Shown here piece by piece: positions 10,122 to 18,425 of a DNA stretch of 51,197 bases. The notes under the pieces are model-generated. The model was not told the DNA's origin. It did no database searches and saw only the letters and a list, made by a program, of their open reading frames with translations. Made by a program: the position numbers and the translations under genes. The stretch comes from Alphaproteobacteria bacterium (GTDB lineage Bacteria > Pseudomonadota > Alphaproteobacteria > SHVV01), in the NCBI GenBank assembly GCA_009694095.1, contig SHVV01000002.1, positions 1 through 51,197 on the forward strand. Reading direction: 5' to 3'. Each line of letters starts with the position of its first letter. The first letter of the stretch is position 1.

Positions 10122-11585
10122 TCAACGAGCGCGGTGTGACGTCGCCGACCTCGCGCCGGTTTTGCGCGCAGCAGTGTGCTTTGCCTTAGCCCGAGCTTTG
10201 GCTTTGGCTTTCGGCTTGAGGGTACCGTGACCGTTACCCATTTCCATCGTCATCTCTTTGCGGCGACGTTCCGCCCAACCTTTGAATTCCTTTTGATCGG
10301 CGCGCGTCAGCGCAAAAGCGCCGGCCGGAACATCGCGCGCTATTACCGAACCGGCACCGATCACAGCCCCGTCGCCGATCGAAACCGGGGCAACCAACGC
10401 TACATTCGAGCCAATGAAGGCGCCGGCGCCGATATCGGTGTGATGCTTCGCATAACCGTCGTAATTGCAGGTGATCGTCCCAGCTCCGACATTGGCGCCA
10501 CGACCGACGCGCGCGTCGCCGATATAGGTCAGATGATTGACTTTAGCGCCTGGTTCGATCTGCGATTTTTTCACTTCGACGAAATTGCCGATGTGCGCTT
10601 CCTTGCCGATATGGGCGCCGGGCCGCAGCCGAGCGAACGGGCCAATGACCGCGCCTTCGTCGATCGTTGCATTCTCGATGTGGCTAAACGCTCTGATCAT
10701 CACTCCGTTGCCGACGGCGGCGCCGGGCCCGAACACGACGTTGGGCTCCAGCACCACGTCACGACCGAAAGTCGTATCCCAAGCAAGGGTCACTGAACGC
10801 GGATCAATCATGGTGACGCCGCCGGCCATCGCGCGTGCGCGCAAGCGGGCCTGCATGACACCTTCGGCGACCGCGAGTTGGGCGCGAGAGTCGACCCCCA
10901 TCAATTCATCGCTCGATCCTTCGACCACGGCGGTTACGAGGCGTTGGTCGCGCGCGATTCGAACAATGTCTGTCAGATAGTATTCGCCCTGCTCATTCCG
11001 CGGTTCGATCTGGTCGAGCAGCGCAAAGAGATGCTGCCCATCGATCGCCATGACGCCCGAGTTGCAAAGCCCGATCTTTCGTTCTTCGGGCGTCGCATCC
11101 TTGAATTCGATGATCGCCTCGACCGTACCGTCGGCAGCAAGTTTGATACGCCCATATGCGCGTGGCTCGCGTGGGCGCATGCCGAGGATCGCAACCGCCG
11201 GGATGCGTCCGCCAGCGAGCGGCTGCCGCCGGGCGGTCAACAGCGAGGCGATCGTACGCGGCTCGATCAGCGGTGTGTCGCCGTAAAGGACAACGACGTC
11301 GCCGACGAAACCCTTCAGCGCTTTACGCGTCACCCTGACCGCATCGCCGGTACCGCGTGGCGGATCCTGGAACGCGATCGCGTGTGGGACGGCCACCGCC
11401 TCGACCGAGGTCATGCCACGCGCGATGACAACTACTGTGCGCGTAGCTCCCGCCGCCGCCGCGGTGCCGATCGCAAGGCGGATCATCGGTTGACCTGCGA
11501 TCGCGTGCATGACCTTGGGCAGCGCAGACTTCATGCGCGTTCCCATTCCAGCAGCGAGAATGATGGCGGCAAAAGGCGTTGGCAT
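10122..11585 (-). CDS. glmU: bifunctional UDP-N-acetylglucosamine diphosphorylase / glucosamine-1-phosphate N-acetyltransferase with a Lys/Ala-rich C-terminal tail
   Basis: The start was chosen at MPTPFAAIILAAGMGTRM (nucleotidyltransferase LAAGxGTRM motif). It has left-handed beta-helix hexapeptide repeats. The extra roughly 40-aa tail reads ...KPKAKAKARAKAKHTAARK. Confidence 0.92.
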   Translation of the reverse strand: MPTPFAAIILAAGMGTRMKSALPKVMHAIAGQPMIRLAIGTAAAAGATRTVVVIARGMTSVEAVAVPHAIAFQDPPRGTGDAVRVTRKALKGFVGDVVVLYGDTPLIEPRTIASLLTARRQPLAGGRIPAVAILGMRPREPRAYGRIKLAADGTVEAIIEFKDATPEERKIGLCNSGVMAIDGQHLFALLDQIEPRNEQGEYYLTDIVRIARDQRLVTAVVEGSSDELMGVDSRAQLAVAEGVMQARLRARAMAGGVTMIDPRSVTLAWDTTFGRDVVLEPNVVFGPGAAVGNGVMIRAFSHIENATIDEGAVIGPFARLRPGAHIGKEAHIGNFVEVKKSQIEPGAKVNHLTYIGDARVGRGANVGAGTITCNYDGYAKHHTDIGAGAFIGSNVALVAPVSIGDGAVIGAGSVIARDVPAGAFALTRADQKEFKGWAERRRKEMTMEMGNGHGTLKPKAKAKARAKAKHTAARKTGARSATSHRAR

Positions 11586-11747
11586 CTTTTTTTCAACGTT
11601 AGCGTAAGGCTGCGTTAAGGTACCACAATTCACCCAGGATCGGACCGTGGCATACGTCATTCGACTACCCTAGTCACGAGTTCTTGCCAGCCAATCTAAA
11701 GTACATCACCATATTTAGCGTCAGAAGTTCTCCGAGCCACAATTCCT

Positions 11748-12410
11748 ATGAGGAGTGCTATTGTTTTCGATCTCGACGGTACTCTAGTCGATACCGCACC
11801 GGATCTGACGTCGGCGTTGAATGCGGTGTTGGCGTCAGCCGGCCGGGCAACGGTCGATCCGGCGGGCGTCCGCACGCTCGTTGGAGCGGGGGCGCGCGGG
11901 TTGCTGACGCGCGGATTCGCAACCACTGGTCGAGCGTTGACGCCTTCGGAGGTCGAAGGCTGGGTCCCTCAGTTCTTATCGTTCTATCGTGAGCATCTTG
12001 CTGATGGCAGCCGGCCTTACCCCGGCGTTACCAGCGGCCTCGCCCGGTTCCGCGGGCTCGGCATTCGCATGGCGGTTTGCACCAACAAGCCCGTCGAACT
12101 CGCCCGCGATTTGCTGGCGCTGCTCGACTTGAAGAAATATTTTGACACCGTTTTAGGGGGTGACAGTCGCGCCTACCGCAAACCCGATCCGCGCCACCTC
12201 ACCGACACTCTCGCCGAGATCGGCGCGAGTACCAAAGAGGCGCTCATGATCGGCGATTCGGTGGCCGACATCGGCGCCGCGCGCGGCGCTGGGGTGCCGA
12301 TCGTCATCGCCAACTACGGCTACGGCGCGATCGAGGCTGCCGCGCTCGGCGGCGACGCCACGATCGGATCGTTCGCAGAACTCGAGCAGATCGTCGACGA
12401 GCTTAGCTGA
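11748..12410 (+). CDS. gph: HAD-family phosphoglycolate phosphatase
   Basis: 220 aa. HAD motif I is VFDLDGTLVDT; later motifs are TNKP and GDSVADI. Confidence 0.8.
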   Translation: MRSAIVFDLDGTLVDTAPDLTSALNAVLASAGRATVDPAGVRTLVGAGARGLLTRGFATTGRALTPSEVEGWVPQFLSFYREHLADGSRPYPGVTSGLARFRGLGIRMAVCTNKPVELARDLLALLDLKKYFDTVLGGDSRAYRKPDPRHLTDTLAEIGASTKEALMIGDSVADIGAARGAGVPIVIANYGYGAIEAAALGGDATIGSFAELEQIVDELS

Positions 12411-12513
12411 CTCGAGGTGAGCTTTAACGTCGACGGGCCGGTTTCTTCGCGTACGTTGAATATGCTGTAACGGCGGCCCGCGCCAATCGCGGTCGCGGTG
12501 GGCCCAGGCCGTC

Positions 12514-12542
12514 TTGACTTGGCAAAAGCCGCAAGCCTATAT
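12514..12542 (+). promoter_or_regulatory. candidate sigma70-type promoter of tRNA-Val
   Basis: TTGACT-N17-CTATAT, ending 17 nt upstream of the first tRNA nucleotide. Confidence 0.45.
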
Positions 12543-12559
12543 GCGGTTTGGTTATCGTC

Positions 12560-12635
12560 GGGCGATTAGCTCAGCTGGTAGAGCGTTCGTTTCACATGCG
12601 AGAGGTCGCTGGTTCGAGCCCAGCATCGCCCACCA
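12560..12635 (+). tRNA. tRNA-Val (anticodon CAC)
   Basis: 76 nt that I folded by hand. Acceptor GGGCGAT/ATCGCCC, D arm GCTC-AGCTGGTA-GAGC, anticodon loop TTCACAT, T arm GCTGG-TTCGAGC-CCAGC, with an encoded CCA. Confidence 0.93.
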
Positions 12636-12709
12636 CTTCGGCCAGTTGATTTGACTTAACAGTCCTGCGTCTCCGCAAGCGCGGGGCTGGCGAATCAGCG
12701 GTAGAGAAT

Positions 12710-13065
12710 ATGAACCCGGATATCCGCGGGTGCAGCCGAAACCGCCTCTACGCGGTACTCGCGATCGCGCTCGGAATAGGGGTTGGTATGGCGGCGATCG
12801 AGACCGGCCTTGGTTTTCTACAACGGCGTATCGAGACGAGAGATCGACTCGATCTGGGGCTGGTTCGGTACGATCCGACGCTTGGCTGGCGGCTGACGCC
12901 CGGTTGGCACGGAACGCATCGCCACTACGATTTCGAAACCTCCTACGTGATCGATCAAACCGGATTCCGGCGCATGGCGACGCGCGTCGGTGCCGACGCG
13001 ATGTTCAACCGGCCGGTCGCCATCCTCGGCGACAGCTTCACATTTGGCCTCGGCGTTGGCGGCCC
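12710..13065 (+). pseudogene. 5' fragment of an SGNH/GDSL hydrolase gene (3'-truncated)
   Basis: It has an N-terminal TM segment and block I ILGDSFTFGLGV. Immediately afterwards the frame degenerates into Arg/Pro-rich nonsense. Confidence 0.6.
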
Positions 13066-13074
13066 AGGCCGAGG

Positions 13075-13499
13075 GCGGCGCTCTACCCTTCGTAATCCGC
13101 CACGCCGAGACCGGACGAGCCATCGGATCGACCCGTTTCAGAGAGATCGATCGCCCGAACCGCCATGTCGAGATCGGTTGGACGTTCGTCGCGCGCGCCT
13201 TTCACCGCTCAGCCGCGAATTCCGAGGCCAAGCTTTTGATGCTCGAACACGCCTTCGAACGATGGAACTGCCTGCAGGTCGAGTTCATGACCGCCTCGCT
13301 CAATGCCCGGGCCCGTACCGCCCTCGCCCGCCTGGGCGCGACCGAGGAAGGTCTTTTTCGCAACCACATGGTTTGCGCATCGGGGCGCATTCGCCACAGC
13401 GTCTGCTTCAGCATCACGAACGAGGAATGGCCCGCGGTGAAGCAAAGGCGCCGCCGCCGTATTGACGGCGGCGGGCACCATGGGAACGAAACGGGATGA
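13075..13499 (+). pseudogene. 3' fragment of a RimJ/RimL-type GNAT acetyltransferase gene (lacks about 60-70 N-terminal codons)
   Basis: GNAT-like sequence starts at ALPFVIRHAETGRAIGSTRF...VEIGWTF...EAKLLMLEHAFE...RARTALARLGATEEG...EEWPAV. It is in a different frame from the SGNH fragment and has no plausible native N-terminus. Confidence 0.62.
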
Positions 13500-13573
13500 A
13501 GGTGGGACGATCGTCCGCTTCGGATCGGGAAGCGGGTGTTGAGCGCGCCGTACCCCATCCGGAAACGTGACGG

Positions 13574-13846
13574 CTAGCGGTATCGCTTGTTGTCGCGGCG
13601 AATCCGAGGCGCGGTTGAAACCCGCTCGTCCTTGTGACGAAAGATGAGCCGCCCTTTTTCAAGATCGTAGGGCGACAATTCCACCGTCACGCGATCACCG
13701 GCCAGGGTGCGGATGCGATTTTTTCGCATCCGCCCGGCGGTGTAAGCGAGAATCTCGCGCTCGTTATCGAGTCGAACCCGAAACCTACCGTCCGGGAGAA
13801 CGTCGACGACGACGCCCTCGAACTCGATCAAGGGCTCCTTGGTCAT
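13574..13846 (-). CDS. infA: translation initiation factor IF-1 with a short basic C-terminal extension
   Basis: [72 protein letters not shown] is a canonical S1-fold IF-1. The ATG overlaps the helicase stop (ATGA at 13843-13846). Confidence 0.9.
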   Translation of the reverse strand: MTKEPLIEFEGVVVDVLPDGRFRVRLDNEREILAYTAGRMRKNRIRTLAGDRVTVELSPYDLEKGRLIFRHKDERVSTAPRIRRDNKRYR

Positions 13847-15222
13847 ACCCGCTCCTGTCGTTCGTGCAACTTGGTGACAAGGTCCTGCCACGCTCCACCG
13901 TTTGGCGCAACAGTTGCGTGTTGCGGGTCCTCTCGCGGTTCGCTGCGACGCCGGTTGTGAACGCTTTTCTTACGACCATCCTGGTGATTGTGGCTGCCCT
14001 GGCGACGACTGCCATGATGCTCTTTTTGCGGCCGAGCGTGACGCTCGGGGGTCCCCTCCGTGTCGTGCTCCGCGATACGAGCGAAGTTCCGCTTCTCGAT
14101 CGTGAGCGAACGTCGAATCAAGCGCTCGATATCGCGCAAGTACGCACGCTCGCTGGGGTCGCAAAACGATAGAGCAATCCCATCGGCGCCGGCCCGCGCA
14201 GTACGACCGATACGGTGAACGTAACTCTCAGCGACGTTCGGCAGATCGAAATTGATGACGTGGCTCACTTCGGGGATATCGAGACCACGCGCTGCGACAT
14301 CGGTCGCGACCAGAACGCGCGTCGTTCCGGCTTTGAAACTCGCGAGCGCCCGCTGTCGAGCGTTCTGCGATTTGTTACCGTGAATCGCTTCGACCTCGGC
14401 GCCAGCACGCTCCAAGTGCATCGCGACTTTGTTGGCCCCGTGTTTCGTGCGGGTGAAGACGATAACGCGCGCAAGTGCTGCATCGCGCAGCAAGTCGACA
14501 AGTAGAGCTCGTTTTTGTCCAGCTTCGACGAAAAATACCCGCTGATCGATGCGTTCGACGGTGATCACCTTCGGCGAAATATCGATGCGTATCGGATCGC
14601 GCAGAAGATCGGCGGCGAGACCGGCGACCTCACCCGGCATGGTGGCGGAGAAGAGCGCCGATTGCCGTGCCTTCGGCAGAGCCGCGACGATGCGGCGCAC
14701 GTCGGGGATGAATCCCATGTCGAGCATGCGATCGGCCTCGTCGAACACGACGGTCGTAACGTTGCCGAGCTTGACGAAACCTTGGCCCATGAGATCGAGC
14801 AACCGACCCGGCGTCGCTACGAGGATGTCGACGCCGCGCTTGAGCGTTTCGACTTGCGGGTTTTGGCCGACGCCTCCAAAAATCACGGCGGTACGAAGAG
14901 GAAGATGACGTCCGTAATTCTTGAACGACGTCTGGATCTGAAGCGCTAGCTCGCGCGTCGGCGCAATGATTAGAGCGCGAATCGAACGTGACCCGCTCGC
15001 CGCAGGCGCGGTCGAAAGTCGTTGCAGAATGGGCAGGGCAAACGCTGCGGTCTTGCCGGTGCCGGTTTGAGCGATACCGAGCAAGTCGCGCTCGGCGAGG
15101 AGAAAGGGAATGGCGCGCGTCTGAATCGGGCTCGGATCGACATAACCCGCTTCGGCAAGAGCGCGACTCAGGGGTTCGATGATCCCGAGCGCGGTAAAGT
15201 TGGACTGAACGTTAGAACTCAT
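13843..15222 (-). CDS. rhlE: DEAD-box ATP-dependent RNA helicase (RhlE-like) with a basic C-terminal tail
   Basis: 459 aa. It has the Q motif, [12 protein letters not shown] ([13 protein letters not shown]), SAT and [10 protein letters not shown] motifs. Confidence 0.9.
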   Translation of the reverse strand: MSSNVQSNFTALGIIEPLSRALAEAGYVDPSPIQTRAIPFLLAERDLLGIAQTGTGKTAAFALPILQRLSTAPAASGSRSIRALIIAPTRELALQIQTSFKNYGRHLPLRTAVIFGGVGQNPQVETLKRGVDILVATPGRLLDLMGQGFVKLGNVTTVVFDEADRMLDMGFIPDVRRIVAALPKARQSALFSATMPGEVAGLAADLLRDPIRIDISPKVITVERIDQRVFFVEAGQKRALLVDLLRDAALARVIVFTRTKHGANKVAMHLERAGAEVEAIHGNKSQNARQRALASFKAGTTRVLVATDVAARGLDIPEVSHVINFDLPNVAESYVHRIGRTARAGADGIALSFCDPSERAYLRDIERLIRRSLTIEKRNFARIAEHDTEGTPERHARPQKEHHGSRRQGSHNHQDGRKKSVHNRRRSEPREDPQHATVAPNGGAWQDLVTKLHERQERV

Positions 15223-15287
15223 ACAGACAGAATCCTTTTATGCGCCGACGGAGCCCGTTTTCAAGCGGTCTCGTTTCGGCGGATCGC

Positions 15288-15305
15288 CGCTCCACGCGTG
15301 GAGCG
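15288..15305. repeat. perfect 18-nt palindrome CGCTCCACGCGTGGAGCG in the helicase leader
   Basis: Read directly from the sequence. It lies 66-83 nt upstream of the helicase ATG, within the 231-nt spacer between the cNMP-binding gene stop and the helicase start. Confidence 0.85.
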
Positions 15306-15453
15306 CCAATGTTTTGAGGGGGGATCGTCCCGGATAAGGCGCTTCCGAGAAGCGCGTCGCGTAATCGCGAGAAGATCGTACGTTTATTATTCTAATGAGC
15401 ATTAAGTAAGCTCATGACCTAAGAAAGTCAAAAGAATTCGGCAAAAACCTAAT

Positions 15454-15918
15454 CTACCGTGCACTATCGCGCGGACGACCGACGAATTGGTTGAATAATA
15501 GCAACATCATTCGATCCACCTCGGCGATCTTGGCGAGCTGAGCACGAAACTCTTCCTCGGGAATGACTGCGAGCGTCGTGTCGGTACGCCCGCGCGCCGA
15601 CGCCATCCGCGGCTTTTTGTCGATCGGCGCCATCTCGCCGAAGATATAGCCACGTTCGACGACGGCGATTCCGCACTCCTCGGCGTTGCTGCCGATCACG
15701 ATGTCGACCTGGCCGTCGTCGACGAGGTAGGCCTCGTCGCCTGGGTCGCCTTGGCGGAAGATGTAAGCTCCGGCCGGAAAGTGCTTGCGCTTGACTCCGT
15801 CGTCCTTGGGCTGCTCGGCCATGGCCACGGGATTCTTAGACAGTTCGGCGGTCTCGGGCGCCTGCAGCTTGACCGGGCCCGCGAGCTTGGCGAGGCTCTG
15901 CATGACGAGCGTCGCCAC
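15454..15918 (-). CDS. stand-alone cyclic-nucleotide-binding domain protein
   Basis: About 150 aa with a cNMP-binding beta-roll signature (YIFRQGDPGDEAYLVDDGQVDI...GEMAPIDKKPRMASARG). The start is ambiguous: GTG at 15918 or ATG at 15903. Confidence 0.75.
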   Translation of the reverse strand: MATLVMQSLAKLAGPVKLQAPETAELSKNPVAMAEQPKDDGVKRKHFPAGAYIFRQGDPGDEAYLVDDGQVDIVIGSNAEECGIAVVERGYIFGEMAPIDKKPRMASARGRTDTTLAVIPEEEFRAQLAKIAEVDRMMLLLFNQFVGRPRDSAR

Positions 15919-15948
15919 CTCAGCCGGTAAGAACCCCGCGCGCGAGCG

Positions 15949-16512
15949 CTATTTCTTGGGCAGAATTGATTCGATCGTCGTCGTGAGGCGCGGCGACTCG
16001 GGCGGCGTTTGGGTCGAAAAGGCGGCCGCCAGACGACCGTCAGGAGTGACGACGTATTTGTGAAAATTCCACTGCGGGGCCCGTTCTACGCCAAGAACGG
16101 AAGCGGCCCAGCGATAGAACGGGTGCGCTCGGTCGCCTTTTACCACCGCCTTCTCGGTCAGCGGAAAGTCGATCGCGAAATTCGCCTCGCAGAATTTCTT
16201 GATGTCTTTTGCGCTACCCGGCTCTTGCTCGCTGAAATCGTTTGACGGGACGCCGATGACGACGAGCCCGCGGTCGCGGTAGCGCTGCCATAGCGCTTGC
16301 AATCCGGCGTATTGCGGCGTGTAACCGCAAAATGAGGCGGTGTTAACAATGAGAAGCGCCTTGCCCTGGTACTGCTTGAGCGGCATCGGTGTGCCGTCGA
16401 TCGCGACAAACGAGAATTCGTAGGCAGTTAACGCAGCCATCGCGGGGCTCCCAAGCACAGGGTTGAAGCAGACGACCAGCATTGCCACGACAAACGAAAC
16501 GACGCGAGTCAT
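15949..16512 (-). CDS. glutathione peroxidase (Cys-type) with signal peptide
   Basis: NTASFCGYTPQY...GVPSNDF..QEPG motifs. The start was chosen at MTRVVSFVVAMLVV..SPAMA, which is a signal peptide. Confidence 0.88.
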   Translation of the reverse strand: MTRVVSFVVAMLVVCFNPVLGSPAMAALTAYEFSFVAIDGTPMPLKQYQGKALLIVNTASFCGYTPQYAGLQALWQRYRDRGLVVIGVPSNDFSEQEPGSAKDIKKFCEANFAIDFPLTEKAVVKGDRAHPFYRWAASVLGVERAPQWNFHKYVVTPDGRLAAAFSTQTPPESPRLTTTIESILPKK

Positions 16513-16629
16513 CGGATTTCGCCACTCCTTGGTCGGCGCCCGACAATGTAACGCGATCAGCCAACCGCGCAACGGCGTATGCGGCATGGGCAGCAGCGGA
16601 CAGAGCCTATACTATGCTGGCGGCTGGCA

Positions 16630-18315
16630 ATGACTTACGACATCAAGATCTCAAACGCTCGCATCGTCGATGGAACGCGCGCGCCAGCGCGAACCGGGGC
16701 GGTCGGCATTCGCGGTGGGCGAATCACGGCTCTTGGCGAGGCACCCGAGGCGGCGGCGCGGACGATCGATGCCCGCGGTCATGTCGTGGCGCCGGGGTTC
16801 ATCGACATGCATACACACTACGACGCCCAAGTGTTGTGGGACTCGCGGCTGTCGATCTCGCCCTGGCACGGGGTCACGACCGTCGTGATGGGGAATTGCG
16901 GTTTTAGTATTGCGCCTAGTCGCCCGGAACAGCGTGACCTCATCCTGCGGACGCTTGAGCGGGTCGAGGGCATGAGCCTCGACGCGCTTCGCGCTGGAAC
17001 TGGAACCGACTGGGGCTTCGAGTCGTTCCCGGAATACCTCGACCTGCTCGATCGTCGGCGCTCGATCATCAATGTCGGCGTTTACGTCGGACACTCCGCG
17101 ATCCGACTACACGTCATGGGACCGGACGCCGTTACGCGTGCCGCCACCACCGACGAGATCTCGGCGATGGAACGCCTCGTACGCGACGCCATGGAGTGCG
17201 GCGCGATCGGCTTCTCCTCGTCGCGGGCCCCGACCCACAACGGGTTCGACGGCAAGCCGGTGCCAAGCCGATTGGCCGACATCGACGAGTTCCATCGCCT
17301 CATTGGGGCGATGGCTGCATCCGGCCACGGCCTATTTCAGGTCTCGATGGGGCGCGGATTCTTTCTCGACGAATACCGAACGATCGCCGAACGGTACGGC
17401 GTGACGATCGCTTGGACGGCCCTTCTCACGCACCTCACCGGACCGGGATCGCACCGCAAACATTTGGCCAGGACAAAAGAGTTCGCCGACGCCGGGCTTC
17501 GCATCGTTCCGCAAACGTCGCCTCGACCGTTGACACTCGAATTCAATTTCGACGCGGCATTCGCATTCGAGGCGCGGCCATTTTATGCGGCGACGATGGC
17601 GACCGACCGCGATGGACGCAAAGCGTTGTTCCGCGATCAGGCGTTCCGCCGCGCGTTCAAGGAGGACCGATTCGACCCCAAGCCGCACCAGATGGTCGGA
17701 TGGGACGAGCGCGCCGTCATTTCGTTCTCGCCTGCCGATCCTTCGTTGACCGAGCGATCGGTGCGCGAACTTGCCCGCGAACGCGGGATCGACCCGGTCG
17801 ACCTTGTGCTCGATCTCAGCCTCGAGAGCGACCTGGCGCTGCGGTTGCGAGTAGCGATCCTCAACTACGATGACGACGGAGTCGCCGAGATTCTATGCGA
17901 TCCCAATACGGTGCTTGGCCTTTCGGATGCCGGCGCGCACGCGAGCCAGCTCTGCGACGCTTGCTATCCGACCTACTTGCTCGCCCACTGGGTGCGGGAC
18001 AAGAAAGTGCTGACGATCGAGCAAGCGGTGCACGCGCTCGCGGCGCGTCCCGCCGAAGTACTAGGCCTCAAGGACCGCGGCCGCCTGGCCGTTGGGCTGC
18101 CCGCCGATATCGTTATTTTCGATCCCGACACAGTCGCCAACGGCCCGCTCAGACGCGTCAACGACCTGCCGGCTGGAGCTGAGCGCCTGGTGTCGGACGC
18201 AATCGGCATCGATGCGGTGATCGTCAACGGAACCATCATCCGACTCGACGGCCACGATGTGCTCGACCGTTCGGGTCGCCTGCCCGGCCAGCTTATTCGC
18301 GGACGCGCGGCCTAG
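16630..18315 (+). CDS. N-acyl-D-amino-acid deacylase (D-aminoacylase) family amidohydrolase
   Basis: MTYDIKISNARIVDG...APGFIDMHTHYD metal-binding motif. The length and C-terminal beta-sandwich fit this family. Confidence 0.8.
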   Translation: MTYDIKISNARIVDGTRAPARTGAVGIRGGRITALGEAPEAAARTIDARGHVVAPGFIDMHTHYDAQVLWDSRLSISPWHGVTTVVMGNCGFSIAPSRPEQRDLILRTLERVEGMSLDALRAGTGTDWGFESFPEYLDLLDRRRSIINVGVYVGHSAIRLHVMGPDAVTRAATTDEISAMERLVRDAMECGAIGFSSSRAPTHNGFDGKPVPSRLADIDEFHRLIGAMAASGHGLFQVSMGRGFFLDEYRTIAERYGVTIAWTALLTHLTGPGSHRKHLARTKEFADAGLRIVPQTSPRPLTLEFNFDAAFAFEARPFYAATMATDRDGRKALFRDQAFRRAFKEDRFDPKPHQMVGWDERAVISFSPADPSLTERSVRELARERGIDPVDLVLDLSLESDLALRLRVAILNYDDDGVAEILCDPNTVLGLSDAGAHASQLCDACYPTYLLAHWVRDKKVLTIEQAVHALAARPAEVLGLKDRGRLAVGLPADIVIFDPDTVANGPLRRVNDLPAGAERLVSDAIGIDAVIVNGTIIRLDGHDVLDRSGRLPGQLIRGRAA

Positions 18316-18352
18316 ATCCGACCAATCAATCTTCGCCCTGTTTGGGCCGACG

Positions 18353-18380
18353 GTCGCGGCTGCCGCGACTATCCGTTTTA
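18353..18380 (+). terminator. weak candidate intrinsic terminator after the deacylase gene
   Basis: 7-bp stem GTCGCGG/CCGCGAC with a 3-nt loop, followed by the T-rich TATCCGTTTTA. Confidence 0.3.
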
Positions 18381-18383
18381 TGC

Positions 18384-18407
18384 TAGGTCTCAAAATAGGT
18401 CTCAAAA
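18384..18407 (+). repeat. perfect tandem duplication of a 12-mer, TAGGTCTCAAAA x2
   Basis: Read directly from the sequence. It ends 18 nt upstream of the SulP ATG and precedes the GGAAGGA Shine-Dalgarno. Confidence 0.9.
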
Positions 18408-18425
18408 AAAGTAGCGGAAGGAACG

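Noticed and set aside
10176-10235. Short GCTTTG/GGCTTT tandem repeat that could look like a VNTR or mini-array.
   Set aside because: It lies inside the glmU reading frame and simply encodes the KAKAKA low-complexity tail. There are no spacers or repeat-spacer periodicity, so it is not a CRISPR array.
12636-13573. A genomic island with integrase and att repeat expected next to tRNA-Val.
   Set aside because: There is no integrase, recombinase or transposase-like translation in any frame, and I could not find a duplicated tRNA 3' segment by eye. Only the SGNH/GNAT scar remains.
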